A stretch of DNA of 51,828 nt from Methanobacteriota archaeon (lineage in GTDB: Archaea; Halobacteriota; Syntropharchaeia; JACQPP01): contig JACQPP010000090.1 of NCBI GenBank assembly GCA_016207465.1, forward strand, positions 1-51,828, in the 5' to 3' direction. Numbering within the stretch: the first letter of the stretch is position 1; the number at the start of each line of letters is the position of its first letter. Positions 18,901-27,496 of this stretch are shown here, in pieces. Both the position numbers and the translations under genes were made by a program. Under the pieces are notes generated by a model. It saw nothing but the letters and a program-made list of their open reading frames with translations, did not search any database and had not been told where the DNA came from.

Positions 18901-19033
18901 TTCGCTGGCACCAACCTCCCTAAACCCCCACCAAATCAGGGATTCGGCCCCCCCTCCCTCATGGCAAAAACAGGGGCCGGGTCCCCCCTTTTGCCGGCGA
19001 AGAACCCATCGCTCCCTGACGTTATGTGCTGAA

Positions 19034-20041
19034 TCAGGCCCAGCCGTTTTCCAGGTACCACTGGTAGGCGATGCGGAGCCCGATTTTGGTGTCGGGGTAG
19101 AGGAGCTGGAATCCGAGTTTTTTGAGTTTCTGGTTGCTGAACCAGAAGTTGCCGTCCATGTATTCGATGGTGTTGGGCTCGATGGGGGGCCGGGCCCCGA
19201 TTTTGCGGCCCCGCTTGTCGAGGCGCCGGGCGAGGCGGTTCATGAACCGCACCATGAACCGGTGGGAGAGGTTCACCTTGTAGATGCGGCCCCCGGCGAA
19301 CTGGGCGGCGTCCAGGAGGAGGTCGTAGATGGTGTAGAGGGCGTCGTCCACCACGTTGTAGGGCTCCCCGATGGCCTCCGGCTTCCGGGAGAGGAAGCGG
19401 GCGGCGCGGGCCACGTCGGTGACGTAGACCGCGGGGGCCCGGTGGTTGCGGAGGTTGTAGGCGACGAAGGGGAGCTGGCCCTTCATGACGATGTTGCCCA
19501 CGGTGGCCATGCCGTAGCGGCTCCAGGGGCCGTACATGGGGGCGGGGCGGATGACCGTGAGGGGGAACCCCTGCTCCCGGTGGAGTTTCCAGGCATACTG
19601 CTCCTGGAGCCACTTGGTCTTGTTGTAGGGGTTGACGGGGTCCTTGGGGTGGTCCTCGGTGACCGGGACGGTCTTGGGGAGGCCGTAGACCCCCTCGGTG
19701 GACCAGTGGATGAAGCGCTTCACGCCGCTGTCCATGGCCGCCTCGCAGAGGTTCTGCATGCCCCCCACGTTGACCCGGTGGAGCTGCTCGTAGGTGGCGG
19801 AGTAGTCGAAGAGGCTGGCGGGGTGGAAGACAATCTCCACGTCCTCGACGAGAGGCCGGAGGCTCTTCTTGTCGAGGAGGTCGGCGGGGATGAACTCGGC
19901 CCCGAGTTCCTTCACGTGGGCCGGGTCGGAGGTGGGCAGGTCGGTGGCCCGCACGGGGAGCCCCTCCCCGCGGAGGAGTTCCACCAGGTTCTGCCCGACG
20001 AATCCGCAGGCTCCGGTGACGAGGACCCTGGGTGTGGCCAT
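19034..20041 (-). CDS. NAD-dependent epimerase/dehydratase (extended SDR)
   Basis: 335-aa ORF starting MATPRVLVTGACGFVGQNLV (TGxxGxxG), with a downstream YNKTK (YxxxK). Confidence 0.82.
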   Translation of the reverse strand: MATPRVLVTGACGFVGQNLVELLRGEGLPVRATDLPTSDPAHVKELGAEFIPADLLDKKSLRPLVEDVEIVFHPASLFDYSATYEQLHRVNVGGMQNLCEAAMDSGVKRFIHWSTEGVYGLPKTVPVTEDHPKDPVNPYNKTKWLQEQYAWKLHREQGFPLTVIRPAPMYGPWSRYGMATVGNIVMKGQLPFVAYNLRNHRAPAVYVTDVARAARFLSRKPEAIGEPYNVVDDALYTIYDLLLDAAQFAGGRIYKVNLSHRFMVRFMNRLARRLDKRGRKIGARPPIEPNTIEYMDGNFWFSNQKLKKLGFQLLYPDTKIGLRIAYQWYLENGWA

Positions 20042-20065
20042 CGGGAGGGGGATGGCCCCCGGGGC

Positions 20066-20072
20066 TTTAAAT
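20066..20072 (-). promoter_or_regulatory. TATA-like box TTTAAAT for the epimerase gene
   Basis: It is centred about 28 nt upstream of the ATG at 20041. Confidence 0.45.
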
Positions 20073-20110
20073 CCTTCCGCCCCAAATCCCTCTTCTTTCT
20101 TTTTCTGCGG

Positions 20111-20127
20111 AAAAATAAAGAAAAAAA
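20111..20127 (-). terminator. Oligo-T tracts (T7 and T5 on the minus strand) just after the AOR stop
   Basis: The minus strand reads TGA-AGAAG-TTTTTTT-CTTTA-TTTTT, which is the archaeal intrinsic terminator type. Confidence 0.55.
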
Positions 20128-20132
20128 CTTCT

Positions 20133-22019
20133 TCAGGCGGTCGCCTTTCCGTCCCACAAATCGCGGGCCACCTTCTCCATGCCGAGCTGGAGGAGTTTCT
20201 CCCGGGTGGGCTTGCCGGTGGCGGGGTCCCACTTGCGCCACTCGTAGAATTCCTTGAGCTGGAGTTCGAGGTTGGGGAGCTGGCCCGCCACAGTGGTGGT
20301 GCCGTCGGGGTTCTTGGTCTTCTTCGCGGTCCCCCCGCTCGGGAGGGGGGTCATGACAATCTTGGGGAGGGTGTCGTCCCGGGCGGTGAGGCCCGCGCGG
20401 ATGTTGTAGGCGCGCTTCAGGTTGTTGATGCGCTCCCCGGTGAGTTTGAGGTCGGGGATGGTGTGGGGGACGCCGGTCCCGGCGGTGAGGAGGTCGGCAA
20501 TTTGCTGGACGCTGGGCTTGGCGAACTGGCAGAGGACGATGGTGTTGTAGACGGCCATGTAGTCCTGGGCGCGGGCGGTGAGGATGCCCTTGCCCGGGTC
20601 GAGGAAGCGGTTCATGGGCTTCATCTCCCACTCCGGGACGCCGGTCCCGAGCTCGACCTCGAAGGGGCTGCCGTAGAGGTGGCAGGCCCCCCGGCTGCTG
20701 GTGGCGTATTCGCTGGCCATGCTGAAGAAGGCCCGGGCGTCGTGCATGGGAATCTCCATGCCCTTCACGTGGGCGGCCCACTCGGGGTGGCCGTAGTGCT
20801 TGCCCATGTGGCGGACCCCCTCGGCGAGGATGCCGCCCAGGCCCCGGCGGTGGGCCATGAGGTCGAGGAGGTAGGGGATGGCGTGGGGGTCCCCCCAGGG
20901 GAGCTCGCGGCCCGCCTGCTCCCGGGTGATGAGCCCCTTCTCGTAGAGGTAGAGGGAGAAGGCCACGACGACCCCGGCGCTGATGGTGTCCATGCCGTAG
21001 CGGTTGCAGAGCCAGTTGGCGTGGGCGACGGCCTCCAGGTTGTCGTTGGCGCAGAGGGGCCCGAAGGTGGCCGCCGTCTCATATTCGGGTCCGGCGGTCT
21101 CCCCGCCGGGGATGGCGAAGGGCCCCGACTCCACCTCCACCACCCGGGCGCAGCGGATGGGGCAGGAGTGGCAGGCCTCGTTGTGGGCGAGGATGGTCTC
21201 CTTCATGGCGGCCCCGCTCACCTTCTTGGCCCCCGCGAACTTGCCCTCGGTGAAATACTTGATGGAGACGTCGCCGAACATCTCGGCCATCTCCATGTAG
21301 CCGTCGGTCCCCAGCTCCTGGAAGATTTTGAAGGTCGGGGCCTTCTTCATGTGGGCATAGGAGGCCTTGCAGAGCTCCATGAACCGGGCCCGGTCGGACA
21401 CGGGGACCCGGGTCTGGACCTTGCGGCAGGTGATGGCCTTGAGCCTCTTGGAGCCCATGACCGCCCCCGGTCCACCGCGGGCCGCGGCTCGCCCGTCCTC
21501 GCTGATGATGGCCGACACCTTCACCAGGTTCTCCCCGGCGGGGCCGATGCAGCAGGTGCGCAGGTCCAGGTCCTTGTTGTTCAGGACCTCCTGGGTCTGG
21601 TAGGTGTCCTTCCCCACCAGGTCCTCGGCGCTGTGGAACTCCACCGTGTCCCCGGCGATGGTGAGCCGCGTCCACCGGGGGGCGCGGCCCCGGATGGCGA
21701 GGGCGTCCCACCCGGAGAAGCGGAGCCATGAGCCCCAGTCCCCCCCGGCGTTGGCCTCCCCCCAACAGCCGGTGAGGGGCGACTTGAAGCAGACCACATG
21801 GCGCCCCGTGTCCGGGGCCCCGCTGGCAGTGAGGGGACCAGGCATGAAGAGGAGGGTATTGTCGGGGGAGAGCGGGTCCACCCCGTAGTTGCCCCAGTCG
21901 TAGAGCAGTTTGGCCCCCAGCCCCGAGCCCCCGATGTAGGCCCGGGCGTCGGCCGGGTCAATCTCCTGCGACTTGAAGGTCTGCTTCCCCAGGTCCACCA
22001 CCAGGAGCTTCTTCAACAT
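20133..22019 (-). CDS. aor: Aldehyde:ferredoxin oxidoreductase (tungsto/molybdopterin AOR family)
   Basis: ORF 20133..22421 trimmed to MLKKLLVVDLGKQTF (ATG 22019, 628 aa). It has GGSGLGAKLLYD, CIGPAGENLV, EACHSCPIRCAR (cluster Cys) and GMDTISAG. Confidence 0.9.
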   Translation of the reverse strand: MLKKLLVVDLGKQTFKSQEIDPADARAYIGGSGLGAKLLYDWGNYGVDPLSPDNTLLFMPGPLTASGAPDTGRHVVCFKSPLTGCWGEANAGGDWGSWLRFSGWDALAIRGRAPRWTRLTIAGDTVEFHSAEDLVGKDTYQTQEVLNNKDLDLRTCCIGPAGENLVKVSAIISEDGRAAARGGPGAVMGSKRLKAITCRKVQTRVPVSDRARFMELCKASYAHMKKAPTFKIFQELGTDGYMEMAEMFGDVSIKYFTEGKFAGAKKVSGAAMKETILAHNEACHSCPIRCARVVEVESGPFAIPGGETAGPEYETAATFGPLCANDNLEAVAHANWLCNRYGMDTISAGVVVAFSLYLYEKGLITREQAGRELPWGDPHAIPYLLDLMAHRRGLGGILAEGVRHMGKHYGHPEWAAHVKGMEIPMHDARAFFSMASEYATSSRGACHLYGSPFEVELGTGVPEWEMKPMNRFLDPGKGILTARAQDYMAVYNTIVLCQFAKPSVQQIADLLTAGTGVPHTIPDLKLTGERINNLKRAYNIRAGLTARDDTLPKIVMTPLPSGGTAKKTKNPDGTTTVAGQLPNLELQLKEFYEWRKWDPATGKPTREKLLQLGMEKVARDLWDGKATA

Positions 22020-22074
22020 GGACACCCAGCGGGTTCCCCGGGAACTACATAACCGTTTCGCCTCCGGGAAAAAC

Positions 22075-22083
22075 CATAAATAG
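22075..22083 (+). promoter_or_regulatory. TATA-like box CATAAATAG
   Basis: It is centred 26 nt upstream of the ATG at 22105, which implies a leaderless transcript. Confidence 0.5.
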
Positions 22084-22104
22084 GCCCCCGCCATCTCTTG
22101 CGCG

Positions 22105-22689
22105 ATGACCGACGCCCGGCTCTCCGAGGTTCCCCCGGGGGTTCTCGCCATCCTCCAGTTCGTGCGGGAGGGGGCCCGCAAGCGGGGCCAGGTCATCAAG
22201 CGGCTGGGCCTCCCCCCGGAGCAGGCCGAGCCCTGGCTCAAGGAGGCCGCGGCCGCCGGATACCTCGCCGAGGAGAAGGGCCGGCTGGTCCTCACCCCGA
22301 AGGGGCTCGCCGAGGTCCTTGCCCTCGAGCAGAGGCGCCCCATCGTCATGCCCCCGCACCGCTGGAAGCACGAGATGTGGCTCGACAAGGCCGCCGGGGG
22401 CGTCCTCATGGCCGTCGGCATCTCCCTGGTCTACACCGGCTTCACCCTCGGCCTCCAGATATTCAACACCCCCGCCCCCCAGTTCGAGGCCCCCAACCTG
22501 AACATCGGCTCCCTCCTCGGGAGAGGCGGCGGGGAGGGAGGCGACCTGGGCTCGGCCGTCTTCGGCCCCATGCAGCAGATGTTCTCCTCCAGCATCCTCA
22601 CCGCATTCAAGGCCGCCGGGGCCGGCATCATCGTCAGCGCCGGGGGGGTCCTCCTCAGCCGCGGGGTCCAGCTGTTCAAGAGGCCGTAG
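22105..22689 (+). CDS. Hypothetical protein: N-terminal winged-helix plus C-terminal membrane/Gly-rich segment
   Basis: 194-aa ORF. LAILQFVREGARKRGQVIKRLGL...GYLAEEKGRLVLTPKG looks like a wHTH, followed by hydrophobic stretches (GGVLMAVGISLVYTGF, AGAGIIVSAGGVLL). Confidence 0.55.
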   Translation: MTDARLSEVPPGVLAILQFVREGARKRGQVIKRLGLPPEQAEPWLKEAAAAGYLAEEKGRLVLTPKGLAEVLALEQRRPIVMPPHRWKHEMWLDKAAGGVLMAVGISLVYTGFTLGLQIFNTPAPQFEAPNLNIGSLLGRGGGEGGDLGSAVFGPMQQMFSSSILTAFKAAGAGIIVSAGGVLLSRGVQLFKRP

Positions 22690-22692
22690 AAC

Positions 22693-23139
22693 ATGGGCCG
22701 GTTCTTCGAGGAGTTCCGCATGGGGGAGGTCCTCCACACCGGGGGGCGCACCGTCACCGAGACCGACATCGTCCTCTTCTCCACCCAGACCGGGGCCCAC
22801 AACCCCATGTTCCTCAACGAGGAGTACGCCAAGAAGACCCCGTTCGGGGGCCGCATCGCCCCGGGGATGCTCACCCTCTCCATCTCCACCGCCCTCACCT
22901 ACCAGACCGGGGTCCTCGAGGGGACCCTCATCGCCCTCCAGAGCCTCGACTCCATCCGCTTCCCCGCCCCGGTGCGCCCCGGGGACACCCTCGCCATGGA
23001 CCTCGAGGTGGTCGGGCTCGAGGACGACGCGGCGAAGAAGCGCGGCCTCGTGAAGATGCGGGGAACCGCCCGGAACCAGAAGGGCGAGGCGGTCCTCGAG
23101 GCCCAGTGGAACTTCCTCATGCGCAGGAAGGCAACATGA
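22693..23139 (+). CDS. MaoC-like (R)-specific enoyl-CoA hydratase / hot-dog fold dehydratase
   Basis: 148-aa ORF with FSTQTGAHNPMFLNEEYAKKTPFGGRIAPGML and FPAPVRPGDTL. Confidence 0.85.
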   Translation: MGRFFEEFRMGEVLHTGGRTVTETDIVLFSTQTGAHNPMFLNEEYAKKTPFGGRIAPGMLTLSISTALTYQTGVLEGTLIALQSLDSIRFPAPVRPGDTLAMDLEVVGLEDDAAKKRGLVKMRGTARNQKGEAVLEAQWNFLMRRKAT

Positions 23140-23891
23140 GCCTCCGGCGGGCCAAGAAGGGGGAGTCCCCCGGGCGGGTGCTGGTCTCCGGGTTCCCCAA
23201 TATGCGGAACGTCTCCAAGCTGGCCGCCGAGGGGTTCATCCACGGCCTCGACGCCCGGGTGCTCCGCGAGGTCCCCTCCGAGAGCCTCGCCGGCATCCCC
23301 CCCCGGATTTCGGTCCAGGAGGGCATCGCCTCCCTCGCGGGGTTCCGCCTCTACACGGCCCGCGCCCCCCGCGGGGAGGGGGACCCCCTGGAGGTCATCG
23401 TGGCCACCGGGGAGACCCAGCCCCCCAACGCCCTCGGCTACGTGGCCCTCGCCCGGGAAATCCTCGGCCACGCCCGCGACCTCGGCGTCCAGGAGATATA
23501 CACCGTGGGCTCCCTCGGCGTCCCCTGGGACCGGCCCCAGCGGCAGGTGGTCGCCGTCTCCGGGAGCCCCGACCTCAAGAGGCGCCTCCAGGAGGCCGGG
23601 GTGGCTCCGGGGGCCGACGGGGGCCCCATCAGCGGCATCGAGGCCATCCTCCCCGCCTACGCCCACCTCGAGGAGGTCCCCGCGGCCCTGGTGCTGGTGG
23701 AGACCCACTGGGACGAGTCCACCTACGCCTCCCCCGACCCCCGCGCGGCCATCGCCGGAGTCCAGGCCATCTCGAAATTCCTGGGCGTCACCGTCCCCAC
23801 CCGCTGGCTCGAGGAACTCCAGCCCCGGGAGGCCCCCCCGGCCGAGGAGAGCCTCCGGCCGGGAAAAGAAGAACCCGGGGGATACGGATAA
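23136..23891 (+). CDS. PAC2-family (proteasome assembly chaperone-like) protein
   Basis: In-frame Met of ORF 22098..23891: MSLRRAKKGESPGRVLVSGFPNMRNVSKLAAEGFIHGL... The ATG overlaps the MaoC stop (ATGA). This family call is from memory only. Confidence 0.55.
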   Translation: MSLRRAKKGESPGRVLVSGFPNMRNVSKLAAEGFIHGLDARVLREVPSESLAGIPPRISVQEGIASLAGFRLYTARAPRGEGDPLEVIVATGETQPPNALGYVALAREILGHARDLGVQEIYTVGSLGVPWDRPQRQVVAVSGSPDLKRRLQEAGVAPGADGGPISGIEAILPAYAHLEEVPAALVLVETHWDESTYASPDPRAAIAGVQAISKFLGVTVPTRWLEELQPREAPPAEESLRPGKEEPGGYG

Positions 23892-23918
23892 CCCCTTTTT
23901 CTTTCGCGGGACCCCGTT

Positions 23919-24713
23919 CTACTTCTCGGCCTTCAGGCACTCCATCTCGCGCTCCAGCAGGGAGAGCTCCTTCGCCTCCAGGCTCCGGGGGTCCACGGAG
24001 AGGATGAGGCGGGCGTTGCTGTGGGCCACAATCTCCCGGAGCCCGTAGAGGAACTTGAGGGTCCCCGGGAACCCCTTGGTCTGGACGAGGTATTCGAGGG
24101 CGTTGATGAGCACCACCCCCTCGCTGCGCTCGCGGAGGAACTTGGCGATGAGGAAGGAGAGCTCCTCCAGGTCCTCCACCGCCTGGAACTCCCGGGAGGG
24201 GGGCTGCTGGCCAATCCACACGATGGGGGTCTTGTGGAGCCGGTGGGTGTCGCGGATTCGCTTCGGGGGCGAGCGGGTGAAGCAGAGCCCCGGGGCCCCA
24301 TGGGTCACCAGGTCGGCGAACATCTCCAGGGCGGCCTCGGGGCGCTCCTCCCGCACCAGGTAGCAGAGCCCCCGCTCCAGGGAGACACCGGGCTGGCCCT
24401 CCCGGGGGGCCTCCGCCTCCGAGAGCAGGAGGAACCGGTACTTCACCGCCCCGATGGGGGCCATGTCGAACCTCGCCCCCGCCTGCTCCAAGACCGCCTC
24501 TATGTCCTTCTGGAACCGCTTGAACTGGCGGGCCTTCAGCTCCGCCCGGTAGACCACCAGAAAATAGGTCTCCCTCCGGCCCTCCAGGGTGAACTCCCCC
24601 CTCCCGAAGGTGAGGGGGGTCGGCCCCTTCTCATGGACCTTCAGGACCCGCTCCACCGTCTGCACCGAGGCCTCATCGTAGGCGATGACCAGGAATCCGA
24701 GACCGGCAACCAT
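23919..24713 (-). CDS. Soluble DUF835-domain protein
   Basis: 264-aa ORF. The C-terminal ~150 aa (GLCFTRSPPKRIRDTHRLHKTPIVWIGQQ...GVVLINALEYLV...ARLILSVDPRSLEAKELSLLEREM) align by eye with the C-terminal domains of 28151..29350 and 29417..30655. Confidence 0.75.
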   Translation of the reverse strand: MVAGLGFLVIAYDEASVQTVERVLKVHEKGPTPLTFGRGEFTLEGRRETYFLVVYRAELKARQFKRFQKDIEAVLEQAGARFDMAPIGAVKYRFLLLSEAEAPREGQPGVSLERGLCYLVREERPEAALEMFADLVTHGAPGLCFTRSPPKRIRDTHRLHKTPIVWIGQQPPSREFQAVEDLEELSFLIAKFLRERSEGVVLINALEYLVQTKGFPGTLKFLYGLREIVAHSNARLILSVDPRSLEAKELSLLEREMECLKAEK

Positions 24714-24752
24714 GACGCTGGGGCTCCAGACAGGGAGAGGGGGGCCCCGGCG

Positions 24753-24762
24753 AAATATTTAT
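24753..24762. promoter_or_regulatory. Palindromic TATA-like box AAATATTTAT in a divergent intergenic region
   Basis: It is centred about 32 nt upstream of the ATG at 24790 (+) and about 45 nt upstream of the ATG at 24713 (-). Confidence 0.45.
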
Positions 24763-24789
24763 CCATCACCCCCCTCCCCAGTTCTACCC

Positions 24790-24894
24790 ATGCTCTTCGG
24801 CAAGAAGAAAAACAAGGAGCAGTACAAGTGCGCCTGCGGCTTCGTGTCCGACAAGCCGGGGACCCACTGCGGCCAGCTCCTCCAGAAGGCCTGA
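24790..24894 (+). CDS. Small Cys/His-containing protein (34 aa), unannotated sORF
   Basis: MLFGKKKNKEQYKCACGFVSDKPGTHCGQLLQKA. 33 of 34 codons end in G/C, matching the host coding bias. A TATA-like box lies at the leaderless distance. Confidence 0.5.
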   Translation: MLFGKKKNKEQYKCACGFVSDKPGTHCGQLLQKA

Positions 24895-24911
24895 GCGCCC
24901 CCCCTCGCCCT

Positions 24912-25463
24912 TCAGGCCCCGGAGCCCACCAGCGGCAGGTGGTCACAGAACCGCTGCACCAGCAGCAGCGCCCGGCGGCTCGCGTCCACCAGGGAGAGGG
25001 GGAAGCCCTCCTGCTTCCGTGCAATCACGAAAATCTCGTCGAGCTTGAGGAAGTTCATGATGTCCTGGGGGGTGGGCCACACCCGGATGTTCACCTGCAC
25101 CTCCCCCGTGGCAATCTTCCCCAGGAGTTCGCTGGAGCCCACCTCCCCGTTCACATAGCCCACCAGGTCCTCCATGGGCCCCGCGATGACCAGGTGGGCC
25201 TTCCCCGCGCGCCCCTTCCGGATGCGGGCCCTCCCCCGCACGAACTGCATGGTGATGGCCCCCTCCTCCCCCATGTCGAACACCACGATGCGGTTCATCC
25301 TCCGCATCCACCTCCGGGCCACCCGGTCGTTCTTCAGCCGGCTGGATATGCCATACTCCATCAGCCGCACAATCCCCTCCAGCATCAGCTCTCCGTTCTC
25401 CCCTCTCCCGGGAACCGACGGCTCTCTCCCGCGCGCCCCCATCCTGCGCTTGCCGGCCTTCAC
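24912..25463 (-). CDS. SCP2 (sterol-carrier-like) domain protein, tentative
   Basis: 183-aa ORF. RIVVFDMGEEGAITMQFVRGRARIRKG..KAHLVIAGPMEDLVGYVNGEV..SELLGKIATGEVQVN resembles the SCP2 pattern. The start is uncertain (GTG 25463 or ATG 25385). Confidence 0.45.
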   Translation of the reverse strand: MKAGKRRMGARGREPSVPGRGENGELMLEGIVRLMEYGISSRLKNDRVARRWMRRMNRIVVFDMGEEGAITMQFVRGRARIRKGRAGKAHLVIAGPMEDLVGYVNGEVGSSELLGKIATGEVQVNIRVWPTPQDIMNFLKLDEIFVIARKQEGFPLSLVDASRRALLLVQRFCDHLPLVGSGA

Positions 25464-25486
25464 GGGACAGGGTTTTTGTAGCAGGG

Positions 25487-25494
25487 ATTAAAAT
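25487..25494. promoter_or_regulatory. Shared TATA-like box ATTAAAAT between divergent genes
   Basis: It is centred about 24 nt from the ATG at 25514 (+) and about 27 nt from the GTG at 25463 (-). Confidence 0.4.
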
Positions 25495-25513
25495 CTTTCC
25501 CCCAGCATCAACC

Positions 25514-26242
25514 ATGGTCACTGCGCGCGATTTTCGCCCCGGCCTCCGGGTCGTCCTCGTGGAACCCCGCCACGAGGGCAACGTGGGCAGCGTGGCCCGG
25601 GTGATGAAGAACTTCGGCTTCTCCCGCCTCTGCCTCGTCAACCCCTGCCCCCTCGGGGGCCAGGCGCGGGCCATGGCCCTCCACGCCCGCGACATCCTCC
25701 AGGGGGCCCGCCGCCACCGGACCCTCGAGGCGGCCCTCCGCGGGGCCCCCCTCGCGGTCGGGGCCACCGCGAAGGGTTCGCCGGGCGACGGCTTCCTCCG
25801 GGGGCCCCGCATGACACCCCGGGAACTCGCCGCCCACCTGAAAAAGCGGAGGCCCCGGGAGACCGCCCTGGTCCTCGGGCGGGAGGACTTCGGCCTCCGC
25901 ACCGAGGAGATGGCCCGCATGGACCTCATCGTCACCATCCCCACCACCCGCGCCTACCCGAGCCTCAACCTCAGCCACGCCGCCGCCATCCTCCTCCACG
26001 AGCTCTCCGCGGTCCCCTGGGAGCCCAGGTCCCCCCCGGCGGCCCCGCAGAGCCTCCAGGCCTACCTCGACGACTGGGAGCAGACCATGGCCGACATCGG
26101 ATACTTCCCCCACCGCCGCCAGCGGGCCCGCATCATGCTCCGCCGCCTCCTCGCCCGCGCCGGACCCACCCGCCTCGAACTCTCCATGCTCCGCGGCCAA
26201 TTGCGGCAGACCCGCAACGCCGCGCAGAGGGGACGCCGCTGA
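25514..26242 (+). CDS. trmJ: SpoU/TrmJ-type RNA 2-prime-O-methyltransferase
   Basis: 242-aa ORF with RVVLVEPRHEGNVGSVARVMKNFGF, LVLGREDFGL and IPTTRAYPSLNLSHAAAILLHEL (SPOUT knot motifs). Confidence 0.82.
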   Translation: MVTARDFRPGLRVVLVEPRHEGNVGSVARVMKNFGFSRLCLVNPCPLGGQARAMALHARDILQGARRHRTLEAALRGAPLAVGATAKGSPGDGFLRGPRMTPRELAAHLKKRRPRETALVLGREDFGLRTEEMARMDLIVTIPTTRAYPSLNLSHAAAILLHELSAVPWEPRSPPAAPQSLQAYLDDWEQTMADIGYFPHRRQRARIMLRRLLARAGPTRLELSMLRGQLRQTRNAAQRGRR

Positions 26243-26245
26243 CCA

Positions 26246-26307
26246 GCCCCCATGCCAGTGGTTCTCCCCCGGGAGAAACCGGCGTTGGGCAACCCCAGCA
26301 TGGGGGC
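26246..26307 (+). other. Nested stem-loop immediately after the trmJ stop (terminator or small structured RNA)
   Basis: The outer stem is 10 bp, GCCCCCATGC (26246-26255) with GCATGGGGGC (26298-26307). It encloses an inner hairpin GGTTCTCCC-CC-GGGAGAAACC (26260-26280). Confidence 0.4.
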
Positions 26308-26392
26308 GTGACTCCCGCGCCACCGGAGAACTACTTACCCTGTAAACCCGCATCTATCAACAGGAATGGGTAATCCACTTACCCGCCCGCTT

Positions 26393-26408
26393 CCCTAACA
26401 TGTTAGGG
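26393..26408. promoter_or_regulatory. Perfect 16-bp palindrome CCCTAACATGTTAGGG upstream of the metallophosphoesterase gene
   Basis: Read directly from the sequence. It is preceded by GGGTAA-TCCAC-TTACCC (26368-26384). The ATG at 26444 has an SD-like GGAGGTG at 26435-26441. Confidence 0.4.
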
Positions 26409-26443
26409 ACAAGGTTCTCCGGGTCCCCGGGGCCCAGGGGGAG

Positions 26444-27493
26444 GTGATGCGGCTCGCGGTGGTGGCGGGGGTTCTCCTGCTGGTGCTCCTCGGGAGCGGG
26501 ACGGTGGGCGGCCCCACCCGTGTCTTCTCCTTCGCGGTGGTCAGCGACATCCACATCGGCGAGGAGTTCCCCGACTACGGGACCCCCGGCTACGCTGACA
26601 CCGGCGGCGGCCAGGAGTACTGGATTACGGAGAACGCCCGGCGGGCGGTGGCCCGGGTCAACGAGCGGCGCCTCCCCGACGACATCCGCTTCGTCCTCGT
26701 CACCGGCGACCTCACCGACTCGGCGGAGCGCTCCGAGTTCCTCAAGGCCCGGGAGATACTTGACGGCCTCCGGGTCCCCTACGTCCCGCTCCTGGGCAAC
26801 CACGACGTGTGGCCCTACACCCGGGACACCGAGGCCCCTGACCCCGTGGGGGACCGGGTCTTCGAGGAGGTCTTCGCCCCGGCGTTTGACCGCCTCTCCC
26901 GCACCTTCCGCCGGTGGGAGAAGGAGCCAGGCCCCGTGTGGGACCCCGAGGTGGGGCGCACCGCCCGGTTCCAGAACCTCGCCTTCGACTACCAGGGATT
27001 CCACGTTGTGGGCCTCGACTTCGTCTCCCGCCAGCACGCCCCCCTCGGCCAGCCGGGGGCCCCCGGCGAGGCCGACCTCCACGATTTCGCCGGGGGAACC
27101 TACCGGTGGCTCCAGGGCCACCTCGCCGCCTACCCCCGCACGAAGAAGGACAACATCCTCCTCTTCCAGCACCACCCCATGACCAAGGACCCATGGGGCT
27201 TCGCCATGGCCTTCTCCTACGGGGAGTACGCCAAGCTCGTGGGCATGCTGAACAACTACAAGTACGACATCGGCCTCTGCGCCGCCGGCCACTTCCACCG
27301 CTACGCCGACTACAACGTGCGCACCCTCTCCCTCTGGCCCTCCACCGTCTGCCCGGGGGTGGAGCAGCCCTCCAACAAGCAGGTCATCACCTCCCTCGTC
27401 CCCTACTCCTACTACGACCCCGGGATGAGCGTGCGCCTCTTCCAGGTCTACAGCGACGGCCGGGTGGACGCGCAGACCATCTGGGAAGCGTAA
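26444..27493 (+). CDS. Secreted/membrane-anchored calcineurin-like metallophosphoesterase
   Basis: 349-aa ORF with an N-terminal hydrophobic signal/anchor (LAVVAGVLLLVLLG), then VVSDIHIG, VTGDLTD, LLGNHD and a late AAGHFH. Confidence 0.85.
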   Translation: MMRLAVVAGVLLLVLLGSGTVGGPTRVFSFAVVSDIHIGEEFPDYGTPGYADTGGGQEYWITENARRAVARVNERRLPDDIRFVLVTGDLTDSAERSEFLKAREILDGLRVPYVPLLGNHDVWPYTRDTEAPDPVGDRVFEEVFAPAFDRLSRTFRRWEKEPGPVWDPEVGRTARFQNLAFDYQGFHVVGLDFVSRQHAPLGQPGAPGEADLHDFAGGTYRWLQGHLAAYPRTKKDNILLFQHHPMTKDPWGFAMAFSYGEYAKLVGMLNNYKYDIGLCAAGHFHRYADYNVRTLSLWPSTVCPGVEQPSNKQVITSLVPYSYYDPGMSVRLFQVYSDGRVDAQTIWEA

Positions 27494-27496
27494 TCC

